Shown here in pieces: positions 50,818 through 59,431 of a DNA stretch of 64,000 nucleotides (its first letter is position 1; each line of letters starts with the position of its first letter). The translations under genes were made by a program, and so were the position numbers. The DNA comes from Myxococcota bacterium (GTDB taxonomy: Bacteria > Myxococcota_A > UBA9160 > JAFDDA01): NCBI GenBank assembly GCA_965228475.1, contig OZ245817.1, positions 3,776,001 through 3,840,000 of the forward strand. Direction: 5' to 3'. The notes beneath the pieces are model-generated. The model was given only the letters and a program-made list of their open reading frames with translations. It was not told the origin of the DNA and searched no databases.

Positions 50818-51677
50818 GGACTCTCCTCGGAGGCGGCGGCCAGGGTCTGGCGGGCGCGGGCGGCGAGCGGCTCGTCCACCATCTGCCCTTCGAAGTCGAT
50901 GGCGGCGAGGCCGTCGGCCGTGGCTTTCTCGTAGGCGTCGAGCAGGCGGCGCGCGTGGTCGACCTCTTCGGCCGAAGGAACGAACCCCGCGTTCGCGATG
51001 GCGACCTGCCCCGGGTGGATGCAGAGCTTGCCCCGGTAGCCGAGGGCCCGGGCCTCTCGCACCTCGGTTTCGAAGGCCTCGGCGTTCCGGAAGTCCGTCA
51101 CCACCTGGTCGAGGACCGGGACGCCCGCGAGGCGGCCGGCCAGGGCGACCTGCGAGCGCGCATAGTGCACTTCCTCGTTGCCGGCCGTTCGAACGCCTCC
51201 CATGTCCGCGATGAAGTCCTCGGCGCCAAAGTAGGCCGCAGCCACGCGCGGATGGGCGAGCAGCGGGCGGGCATCGGCCACGCCGAGCGCGGTCTCGATC
51301 CCGGCGAGGACCGCCAGGCCTTCGTGCCCTGCTTCGCCGAGCGCACGGGCGACCGTCTCGACCTGCCCGAGCGTGTCGAGCTTCGGGACGACGATCCCGG
51401 CGAGATCCGCCGAGAGACCCTGACCGACGTCGTCGGCGAACCACGGCGAGGCGACGGCGTTCACGCGAACGAAGACGAGGGCTCCCTGCCCGGCGATCCG
51501 TGGGGCGATCTCGCGGGCGTTGGCGCGACCCTCGGCCTTGGCGTTCGGAGGCGTCGCGTCTTCGCAGTCGATCACGACGCCGTCGGCGCCGCTCTTGGGC
51601 AGCTTCGCCAGGAAGTCCGGCCGCACCGCGGGGGCGAACAGGAGAGAGCGCAGACGTTCGATCGGGGCGCCGGTCAT
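50814..51677 (-). CDS. CitE/HpcH family acyl-CoA lyase
   Basis: [42 protein letters not shown]. Confidence 0.87.
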   Translation of the reverse strand: MTGAPIERLRSLLFAPAVRPDFLAKLPKSGADGVVIDCEDATPPNAKAEGRANAREIAPRIAGQGALVFVRVNAVASPWFADDVGQGLSADLAGIVVPKLDTLGQVETVARALGEAGHEGLAVLAGIETALGVADARPLLAHPRVAAAYFGAEDFIADMGGVRTAGNEEVHYARSQVALAGRLAGVPVLDQVVTDFRNAEAFETEVREARALGYRGKLCIHPGQVAIANAGFVPSAEEVDHARRLLDAYEKATADGLAAIDFEGQMVDEPLAARARQTLAAASEESP

Positions 51678-51730
51678 GGGCGCGCGATCCTACAGCATCC
51701 GCTCCGGGAAGGCGTCGGCCCGAGGGACGG

Positions 51731-52192
51731 CTAGGGCAGACGGAGGCGGACGGCGTGACCGCCCCGAGAGGCGCTCGTGATCAGGAACTGGAGCCGCGCG
51801 AGCGTGCGCTGGTACGCACGGTTGTCGATCACGATGCGGTACTCGCGGCCGGCCCGCTCGCCGACCACGAACTCGAAGGTCCGTCCGTAGGTGCGACGGT
51901 CCGCCTCGTAGAGCAGGTGGGCCGCACGATCGAGGCCCCCGGGTTCGAGGATGGCATCGCGTCCGCCGCCGAGCGGCCCGTGGAGCAGCGGCAGCTCGGC
52001 GAGCCCGCCGACCACGCCATGGCCGAGGAGCGCGTGGTAGGCGTTCGCACCGATCACGACCTGGGTGTCGCTCTCGAAGAAGCCTTCCTTCGTGAGCCGG
52101 ACGACCCCGGCCTCGCCCGTGCCGAAGCCTTCCTGAGGTTCCATCGCCCGCATATGGTCGAAGTAGACGACCCTCAGCGCGTCGGCTCCCAC
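51731..52192 (-). CDS. hypothetical protein
   Basis: 153-aa ORF filling the gap co-directionally, with natural amino-acid composition; no family recognised. Confidence 0.6.
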   Translation of the reverse strand: MGADALRVVYFDHMRAMEPQEGFGTGEAGVVRLTKEGFFESDTQVVIGANAYHALLGHGVVGGLAELPLLHGPLGGGRDAILEPGGLDRAAHLLYEADRRTYGRTFEFVVGERAGREYRIVIDNRAYQRTLARLQFLITSASRGGHAVRLRLP

Positions 52193-52229
52193 GCGACCCC
52201 CGAGCGCAGGAGCCCCTTCCCAGGGCGCC

Positions 52230-52982
52230 CTAGCGCCCCGTCCAATTGGGCTCGCGCTTCTCCGCGAAGGCCTTCGGTCCTTCCTTCGCGTCCTCGCTCC
52301 CGAAGACCTTGCCGGCGAGCGGGCCCTGGAGCGCCCAGGCCTCTTCGTCGGTCATGCCGCGCGAATCGCGGATGACCTGCTTGCTCACGGCGACGCCGAG
52401 CGGCGCGTTCTTCGCGATCTGCGCCGCGAGTTCGAGCGCCGCGTCGACGGCCTTGCCCGGCTCCGCGAGCCGGGAGACCAGGCCGAGCTCGTGGGCCTTC
52501 TCGGCCAGGATCGGTTCGCCGGTCAGCGCCATTTCCATGGCCACGCCGTAGGGCACGCGGTTCGGCAGCCGGAACACGGCGCCCCCCGCCGCGAACAGGC
52601 CCCGCTTCACCTCGGGAATGCCGATCTTCACGCCCTTCGCCGCCACGAGCAGGTCGCACGAAAGCGCGATCTCGAGCCCGCCGGCGAGGGCGAAGCCCTC
52701 GACCGCCGCGATCAGCGGCTTGCGGGCGCCGTTCTGCAGGAACTCCGAGAACCCCTTCGGCGGCCCCTCGGTGAGGAACGCCTTCAGGTCCATCCCCGCG
52801 GAGAAGGAGCCGCCGGCGCCCGTGAGGACGCCGGCGGTGAGGCCGTCGTCGGCGTCGAGTTCCTGGACCGCGGCGACCAACCCCTGCCCGAGGGCGCTGT
52901 TGATCGCGTTGCGGGCCTCGGGCCGGTTGAGTGTGATCAGCCGAACGCGGCCGTGGTCTTCGATCAGGATCTCATCTGCCAT
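52230..52982 (-). CDS. enoyl-CoA hydratase/crotonase
   Basis: LNRPEARNAI, FSAGMDL, ALAGGLEIAL, PEVKRGL, EDAKEGPKAFAEKR. Confidence 0.9.
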   Translation of the reverse strand: MADEILIEDHGRVRLITLNRPEARNAINSALGQGLVAAVQELDADDGLTAGVLTGAGGSFSAGMDLKAFLTEGPPKGFSEFLQNGARKPLIAAVEGFALAGGLEIALSCDLLVAAKGVKIGIPEVKRGLFAAGGAVFRLPNRVPYGVAMEMALTGEPILAEKAHELGLVSRLAEPGKAVDAALELAAQIAKNAPLGVAVSKQVIRDSRGMTDEEAWALQGPLAGKVFGSEDAKEGPKAFAEKREPNWTGR

Positions 52983-53059
52983 GACGGGGGTCTCCCTCCC
53001 TGGATGCGAGTTCAAACGATGAAATTCGAACGCCCTTCAAGCGGGTCAGAGGCCGGATC

Positions 53060-53830
53060 TCACTTCGGGGGCATGCGGATGCCGCCATCCACCCGGAGCG
53101 TCTCGCCGTTCATGTAGTCGTTGGTGATGCACTCGGCGACCATCGAGGCGAGCTCGCTGGCGTAGCCGAGGCGCTTGGGGAACAGCACGTTGCGGCCGAG
53201 GTTCTCCTTGAACTTGTCGGACGCCTCGCCCTGGCCGTAGATCGGCGTGTCGATCAGGCCCGGGGCGATGCAGTTCACGCGGATGCCGATGGCCGAGAGG
53301 TCCCGGGCGATCGGCAGCGTCATGCCGACGACGCCGCCCTTCGAGGCCGAGTAGGCCGCCTGACCGATCTGGCCGTCGAAGGCCGCGACCGACGCGATGT
53401 TCACGACCGCGCCGCGCTGCCCGTCGGCGTCCGTGGGCTCCTGCTGCGACATGGCCGCCGCGGCGAGGCGCAGGCAGTTGAAGCTGCCGACGAGGTTGAC
53501 GCGCAGCACCAGCTCGAAGCTCTCGAGCGGGAACGGCTTGCCTTCCCGGTTGACGGTGCGGCTCGCGTGGCCGATGCCCGCGCCGTTGACGAGCGCGCGC
53601 AGCGGCCCGAGGCCGAGTGCCGCGTCGACGGCGGCCTGGACCTGGTCCGTGTCCGAGACGTCCGTCTTCACGAACTCACCCTTGAGCTCCGTTGCGACGG
53701 CCTTGCCCTTTTCTTCGTTGAGGTCGGCGATCACGGGCTTGGCCCCGAGCAGGGAAAGCCGGCGTGCGCTGGCCTCCCCGATGCCCGAAGCGCCGCCCGT
53801 CACGATGACCGATGCGCCTTCGAGTTCCAT
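53060..53830 (-). CDS. SDR 3-hydroxyacyl-CoA dehydrogenase (HSD10-like)
   Basis: TGGASGIG, ASVAAFDGQIGQAAYSASKGG, NGETLRVDG. Confidence 0.9.
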   Translation of the reverse strand: MELEGASVIVTGGASGIGEASARRLSLLGAKPVIADLNEEKGKAVATELKGEFVKTDVSDTDQVQAAVDAALGLGPLRALVNGAGIGHASRTVNREGKPFPLESFELVLRVNLVGSFNCLRLAAAAMSQQEPTDADGQRGAVVNIASVAAFDGQIGQAAYSASKGGVVGMTLPIARDLSAIGIRVNCIAPGLIDTPIYGQGEASDKFKENLGRNVLFPKRLGYASELASMVAECITNDYMNGETLRVDGGIRMPPK

Positions 53831-53832
53831 GT

Positions 53833-54999
53833 CTAGAGCCTTTCGATGAGGGTCGCGTTGGCCATGCCACCGCCCTCGCACATGACCTGGAGGCCGTACT
53901 TGCCGCCGGTCCGTTCGAGTTCGTTCAGGAGCGTCGCCATGAGCTTCGTGCCCGAGCCGCCGAGCGGGTGGCCGAGGGCGATAGCACCGCCGTTGACGTT
54001 CACCTTGTCCATGTCCGCGCCGGTCTCCTTCTGCCAGGCGAGCACGACAGAGGCGAAGGCCTCGTTGACCTCGAAGAGGTCGATCTCGTCGATCGAGACG
54101 CCGCTGCGCTCGACGATCTTCGCCGTCGCCGGGATCGGGCCCGTCAGCATGGTGACCGGATCGGCGCCGGCGAGCGCGAAGGAGTGGAAGCGGGCGCGGG
54201 CCTTCAGGCCGAGCTCCTTCGCCTTCTCGGCGCTCATGATGAGCACCGCCGAGGCACCGTCGCAGATCTGCGAGCTGTTGCCCGCCGTGATCTTGCCGTC
54301 CTCCTTGAAGGCCGGGCGCAGGCCCGCGAGCTTCTCCGCCGTCGTCCCGTGGCGGATGCCCTCGTCCTGGGTGAGCACCTGCTCGTTGCCGTCCTCGTCC
54401 GTGTACTTCACCGGGACGATCTCGTTCTTGAAGCGGCCGTCCGCCGTGGCCTTCTCCGCGAGCTGCTGGGAGCGTGCGCCGAAGGCGTCGAGGTCCTCGC
54501 GCGAGAAGCCCCACTGGTCCGCGATCATGTCGGCGCCGATGCCCTGGGGCGGCAGGCCCGTGTCCGCGTAGCGTTCCTGCATCTCCTTCGGGAAGGGGAA
54601 GTCCATGCCCTTCACGACCGAAGCGCCCATGGGCACCTTGCTCATCACCTCGACGCCCGCCGCGATGGCGACGTCGTAGGCCCCGGACATCACGCCCTGG
54701 GCGGCGAAGTGCATGGCCTGCTGGGAACTTCCGCACTGGCGGTCGACCGTCGTCGACGGCACGGACTCCGGCCAGCCCGCGGCGAGCACCGCGTTGCGGC
54801 CGATGTTCAGCGACTGCGGGCCGACCTGCATGACGCAGCCCATGACGACGTCGTCGACGAGAGCCGGGTCGAGCTGGTTGCGCTCGGCCAGGGCCTTCAG
54901 GGTCTCCGCGGCCAGGGAGGCCGGGTGCCAATTCGAGAGCTTTCCGTTGCGCTTGCCGCCCGGCGTGCGGACGGCATCGACGATCACTGCTTCTTGCAT
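53833..54999 (-). CDS. thiolase (acetyl-CoA C-acyltransferase)
   Basis: DRQCGSS, NEAF, GHPLGGSG, MCEGGG. Confidence 0.93.
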   Translation of the reverse strand: MQEAVIVDAVRTPGGKRNGKLSNWHPASLAAETLKALAERNQLDPALVDDVVMGCVMQVGPQSLNIGRNAVLAAGWPESVPSTTVDRQCGSSQQAMHFAAQGVMSGAYDVAIAAGVEVMSKVPMGASVVKGMDFPFPKEMQERYADTGLPPQGIGADMIADQWGFSREDLDAFGARSQQLAEKATADGRFKNEIVPVKYTDEDGNEQVLTQDEGIRHGTTAEKLAGLRPAFKEDGKITAGNSSQICDGASAVLIMSAEKAKELGLKARARFHSFALAGADPVTMLTGPIPATAKIVERSGVSIDEIDLFEVNEAFASVVLAWQKETGADMDKVNVNGGAIALGHPLGGSGTKLMATLLNELERTGGKYGLQVMCEGGGMANATLIERL

Positions 55000-55015
55000 G
55001 GAGTTCCTCTGGGTT

Positions 55016-55657
55016 TCAGGGGTTGTCGTTTTCCAAGGGGCTCGAGAGCGCCCCGATCACGAAAGCGGTGGCCAGATTCACGAGCGCCTCGCGCTCGATG
55101 CGGGTGCGGTGCATGCACAGGGCGAGCACCGAGAAGATCGACATCTGCACCATGGTCTGGGCTTCGTCCCGCGAGAGCTCCGGACGCACGGCGAGCAGAC
55201 GGTCGCGCAGGACGGTGCGGAGGCCTCGCTCGCTGCGCAGCATGGGCTGGCGGACGTCCGCGTCGAGGCTGCGGGCTTCGAGCACGTAGCAGGCGTTCAT
55301 ATCGGCGTTGTCGAGCACGACCTCCACCCAGCCGCGCACGACGTTTTCGAGGGCCTCGGCCGGGCTCCCCGCCTCGGCGGCCATCGCGGCCTTCATGCCC
55401 GCGCCGATGCGGCCGGCGCCTTCGCGGATGGCCTCGGCCAGGACTTCCTGCTTGGTGTCGAAGTGCGAGTAGACGGCCGTTCCGGCCACGCCCGCCTCCG
55501 CGCCGATGTCGTTGATCGAGGTGGCGTGGAACCCCCGCTCCCGGAACAGGCGCAGCGCCGCAGAGAAGATCTCCGGGCGCCGCGAGGGCCGGCCTCGCCG
55601 AGGGGGCGAGCTCGCGCCGGGCGCGGCGGCACCGGCTTTGGGGGTCGGGGGGCTCAT
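55016..55657 (-). CDS. TetR/AcrR family regulator
   Basis: LFRERGFHATSINDIGAEAGVAGTAVYSHFDTK HTH; heads the beta-oxidation cluster. Confidence 0.87.
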   Translation of the reverse strand: MSPPTPKAGAAAPGASSPPRRGRPSRRPEIFSAALRLFRERGFHATSINDIGAEAGVAGTAVYSHFDTKQEVLAEAIREGAGRIGAGMKAAMAAEAGSPAEALENVVRGWVEVVLDNADMNACYVLEARSLDADVRQPMLRSERGLRTVLRDRLLAVRPELSRDEAQTMVQMSIFSVLALCMHRTRIEREALVNLATAFVIGALSSPLENDNP

Positions 55658-55666
55658 GCTCGGAAT

Positions 55667-55695
55667 ATCTTAGTCGACACTCAGTATTGAAGCAA
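55667..55695 (-). promoter_or_regulatory. sigma-70-type promoter of the TetR/thiolase operon
   Basis: TTGCTT-N17-TAAGAT on the minus strand, 9 nt before the ATG; an imperfect palindrome spans the spacer. Confidence 0.55.
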
Positions 55696-55820
55696 GCGCG
55701 AGCCGGCCGTCCCATCGCAGCCGACGAACCCTGCCGCGAAGAACCCTGCCGGGTTCGGCAGGGACGTCTCGGGAACGGCAGGCCGAGGCGGCGAAAGCGG
55801 GCCCCTCCGCGTCCTCCGCG

Positions 55821-55836
55821 AGGCACGGCCGTTGCA
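55821..55836 (+). promoter_or_regulatory. sigma-54 (-24/-12) promoter
   Basis: AGGCACGGCCGTTGCA (GG-N10-GC with GGCACG and TTGCA). Confidence 0.7.
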
Positions 55837-55899
55837 ATCCGGAGCCAGTGCGTCGCCTGTTCCTGGCGGTCGCCTTGGAAACGACAAAGGAGTCGAACG

Positions 55900-56949
55900 A
55901 TGATGTCTCTGAACGATCGTACTCATGGGGGTCTGTGCGCTGCAGTCGCGCTGGCAGGACTCCTTTTCATGGCGTCGCCGGCCCTCGCCAAGGGCGGCCA
56001 CGGCGGCAGCTCCCGGGCCTGCTCGGCGACGGCCAAGCAGCAGCTGAAGGCCTGCCACTCCGAGACCTTCGCGGACTACCACACGAAACTCGCGTTCTGT
56101 GCGAACGAGACCGAGGACCGCTGGGAGTGCCGCAAGGAGGCGCGAGCCGAACGCTGGGAGGCGGGGGGCGAGTGCGCGGACCAGTTCGATGCGCGCAAGG
56201 CCCTCTGCCACGAGATCGGAGAGGCCCCCTATGCACCGGAGATCGACCCGGAAGACTTCCAGGACCCGCGGAACCCGACTCAGACCAACCCCTACTTCCC
56301 GCTGACCGTCGGCAACCGCTGGGTCTACGAGGAGGACGGTGAGATCATCGACATCACCATCCTCGATGCCACGAAACGCATCGCCGGGATCGACTGCATC
56401 GTCTATCGCGACATCGTGACCAGCGACGGCCTGCTCGTCGAGGACACGGACGATTGGTTCGGACTGCGAAACGACGGCGAAGTCATCTACTGCGGCGAGG
56501 AGGTCAAGGACTACGAGTACTTCGAAGGCGATGATCCGGCAGAGCCCGAGCTCACCGCGATCGATGGCCGCTTCAAGATCGGGGTCGATCTGGCCAAGTC
56601 GGGAACGGTCTTCATGGCCCAACCCGTGGTCGGTACCAGCTACCGCCAGGAGTGGGATCCGGGCAACGCCGAGGACATCGGTACGGTGCTCTCGACGACA
56701 TACGCATACGGCACCGACGAGGAGCTCGACGAGTTCGTCCCGCAGGCCATCGCCGAGCTGATGTGTTCGGACGCCGACTGCGTCGTGATCGCAGACCGCT
56801 CGACGCTCGACCCGGGCGCCTTCGAGCGCAAGTACTACGCCAGGGGCATTGGGAAGTTCCTCGAGGTAAAGCCCGAGGAAGGCGAGTTCGTGCCGCTTGT
56901 CGAATGCAACTTCGACTCGCGCTGCGATTCGCTTCCGGTCGAAGACTGA
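55900..56949 (+). CDS. secreted Cys-rich protein of unknown function
   Basis: AAAGGAG RBS, signal peptide ending SPALA, Cys-patterned helical N-domain, acidic beta-rich C-domain (NPYFPL, YRQE, KYYARGIG). Confidence 0.75.
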   Translation: MMSLNDRTHGGLCAAVALAGLLFMASPALAKGGHGGSSRACSATAKQQLKACHSETFADYHTKLAFCANETEDRWECRKEARAERWEAGGECADQFDARKALCHEIGEAPYAPEIDPEDFQDPRNPTQTNPYFPLTVGNRWVYEEDGEIIDITILDATKRIAGIDCIVYRDIVTSDGLLVEDTDDWFGLRNDGEVIYCGEEVKDYEYFEGDDPAEPELTAIDGRFKIGVDLAKSGTVFMAQPVVGTSYRQEWDPGNAEDIGTVLSTTYAYGTDEELDEFVPQAIAELMCSDADCVVIADRSTLDPGAFERKYYARGIGKFLEVKPEEGEFVPLVECNFDSRCDSLPVED

Positions 56950-56954
56950 GCGCC

Positions 56955-56985
56955 GCGGCCCGCCGCTCCCGCGAGGGCGGGCCGC
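56955..56985 (+). terminator. GC-rich hairpin after the secreted-protein gene
   Basis: GCGGCCCGCC / GGCGGGCCGC 10-bp stem, 11-nt loop, no U-tract. Confidence 0.4.
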
Positions 56986-57026
56986 CTCCGCTTGGGGCAG
57001 CGGCTCGAACGAGATAGTCTCGGTTC

Positions 57027-57998
57027 ATGGCGAAGATCCTCGGCAATCTCGGGCCCGAAGACGACGGCCTCCATGCCCTCGGCCCCGAGCCCAACTTCAA
57101 CGAGAGCATGTACTTCAACTTCTTCGACCCGGAGCAGTCGCTCGGGGGCTTCGTGCGGCTCGGCAACCGGGCGAACGAGGGCCAGGCCGAGATGACGGTC
57201 TGCCTCTTCCTCCCGGGCGAGCGCGTCCTGTTCGCCTTCAAGCGCGCGAAGATCGAGCACAACGACGCCTTCGATGCCGGCGGGCTGCGCTTCGACGTCC
57301 TCGATCCGACCGAACGCCTCCGGACCCGCTACGAAGGCGGCGTGATCGAGCTCGCCAACCCGAAGGCCCTGGCGGACCCGGGCCGCGCCTTCCGCGAGAG
57401 CCCGCGGCGGCGCATCGCTCTCGACCTCACCCACGAGGCGGTCGGCCCGATGTACGGCCAGAGCCACGACCACGCCGAGTCCGGCCGCGACCCCGAGAAG
57501 CAGTTCGCGAAGGCCCACTACGAGCAACACATGCGGGTTCACGGCGCGATCGACCTCGGAGACGAGACCCTCGAGATCGACGGCTTCGGCCTGCGCGACC
57601 ACTCCTGGGGCCCGCGCTACTGGCAAGCGATCGAGCGCTACGAATGGCTGACGATGAACTTCGGGCCGGACCTCGGCGCCATGGTGAGCCGCATCCAGGT
57701 GGAAGGCGCCAAGCCCCGGGAGGGCGGCGTGATCATCCGGGGCGAGACCCTCGAGCCGATCGCGAAGGTCACGATCGATGCCGACTACGAAGACAACGGC
57801 CTCTACCACCGCAGCCTCGTCGCGCGGATCGAGACCAAGGCCGGCGAGGCCCACGAGATCCACGGAACGGTGAAAGGCTTCATCCCCCTGCGCAACCGCC
57901 GCGGAGGCCAGACGACCCACATCGGGGAAGGCATGACCGAGTGGCGCTTTGGTGACCGGACGGGGTACGGCCTCTCGGAGTTCCTGCGCCAGGTCTAG
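57027..57998 (+). CDS. AttH/CrtC-like beta-fold protein (DUF7064/DUF7065-type), paralogue
   Basis: FNESMYFNF, HYEQH, LRDHSWGPR, GYGLSEF. Confidence 0.65.
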   Translation: MAKILGNLGPEDDGLHALGPEPNFNESMYFNFFDPEQSLGGFVRLGNRANEGQAEMTVCLFLPGERVLFAFKRAKIEHNDAFDAGGLRFDVLDPTERLRTRYEGGVIELANPKALADPGRAFRESPRRRIALDLTHEAVGPMYGQSHDHAESGRDPEKQFAKAHYEQHMRVHGAIDLGDETLEIDGFGLRDHSWGPRYWQAIERYEWLTMNFGPDLGAMVSRIQVEGAKPREGGVIIRGETLEPIAKVTIDADYEDNGLYHRSLVARIETKAGEAHEIHGTVKGFIPLRNRRGGQTTHIGEGMTEWRFGDRTGYGLSEFLRQV

Positions 57999-58146
57999 AG
58001 CCGGTCTCAAGAACTGTGAAGCGGGCTCGGCCCTCCTCGGTGGGCCGCACACGCAGGACAATTTCTGAGACGGGCTCTAGCTCGCCGAGAGCCCGCCTCG
58101 GGCGGTTTTGCTCAATCGTTGCCGCCTTCCTGCCGACGCGAGCCCC

Positions 58147-59385
58147 ATGGCCTCCGTCGACTTCGACCCCTTCTCGGACCGCTTCCGGCAGGACCCCTAC
58201 CCGGCCTACCAGATGCTCCGCGACGAAGCGCCCGTCCACTTCGCGGCCGCCTCGGACCACTTCGTGATTTCTCGCTTCGCCGACGTCGAGCACGTGCTGC
58301 GCGAGCCCGCACGTTTCTCCTCGAAGCTCGACCGGCGCCGCCAGATGCCGACGCTCCGGCTCGGACCGATCGAAGGCCTGAAACTCGGCGTGCGCATGAT
58401 GCGCCGCCTGAAGGCCCCGCCCTGGGCCCTCGCACGTGCGCGGTTCCTCTCGGCCGAGGACGGTGCCGTGCACGCGGCCATGCGCGCCATCGTGAATCGC
58501 GGCTTCACCCCGCGGCGCATCGCCGAGTGGGAGGGCCGCGCGAGGGCCCTCGCGGGAGAGGGCATCACCCGCCTGCGTTCGGGGGAGCCCTTCGATCTCG
58601 TGCGCGACCTCGCGACCCCGCTGCCGGTGACGATCATCGCCGAGATGCTCGGCGTCGAGACCTCCCGCATGCACGACTTCAAGCGCTGGAGCGATGCCTT
58701 CATCGCCGGCGGCACGGGCTCCGGGGGAGCGCCCGCCATCGCCGGGATGTTCGATGCCCTGGGCGAGCTGCGCGAGTACCTCGGCGAGGTCCTCCGGATG
58801 CGCCGCGCCGAGCCGAAGCAGGACCTGGTCAGCGCCCTGGTCGCCTCCGACGGGCTCGACGATCTCGAGATCCTCCTCTTCGTGTTCCTTCTGCTGATGG
58901 CCGGAAACGAGACCACGACCAACCTGCTCGGGAACGCCGTCGACGCCCTGCTCACCCACCCCGAGCAGCTCGCCCGCGTCCAGGCGGACCCGGCGACGAT
59001 CCCGGACCTCGTCGAAGAGGTGCTGCGCTGGGATTCCCCGGTCCAGATGCTCCAGCGCCGGGCGGTCGCGGACGAGGCGCTCCACGGCGTCCGCATCCCG
59101 AAGGATTCCCAGATCGCCGTCCTGCTCGGCGCGGCGAACCGCGACGAGCGGCGTTTCCCGAACCCCGACCGCTTCGAACCGACGCGCCGCGGGCCGAGCC
59201 ACCTGGCCTTCGGGCTCGGGCCCCACTTCTGCCTGGGCGCTTCGCTCGCGCGGCTCGAGGCGCGCGTCGCCCTCGAGGCCCTCGTCCCCGAGCTCGGCCG
59301 CCTGGCCCGCGTCCACCCCGAGCGCGAACTGGTCGATTCCTTCATCGTTCGCGGCGTGAAGCGCCTCGAGCTGCGGGCGGCCTAA
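58147..59385 (+). CDS. cytochrome P450
   Basis: AGNETT, EEVLR, HLAFGLGPHFCLG. Confidence 0.9.
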   Translation: MASVDFDPFSDRFRQDPYPAYQMLRDEAPVHFAAASDHFVISRFADVEHVLREPARFSSKLDRRRQMPTLRLGPIEGLKLGVRMMRRLKAPPWALARARFLSAEDGAVHAAMRAIVNRGFTPRRIAEWEGRARALAGEGITRLRSGEPFDLVRDLATPLPVTIIAEMLGVETSRMHDFKRWSDAFIAGGTGSGGAPAIAGMFDALGELREYLGEVLRMRRAEPKQDLVSALVASDGLDDLEILLFVFLLLMAGNETTTNLLGNAVDALLTHPEQLARVQADPATIPDLVEEVLRWDSPVQMLQRRAVADEALHGVRIPKDSQIAVLLGAANRDERRFPNPDRFEPTRRGPSHLAFGLGPHFCLGASLARLEARVALEALVPELGRLARVHPERELVDSFIVRGVKRLELRAA

Positions 59386-59431
59386 CGCGCCGGCCTGCGC
59401 GCCGCCTCCGGCCTTGCCCTAACCTCCCGCG

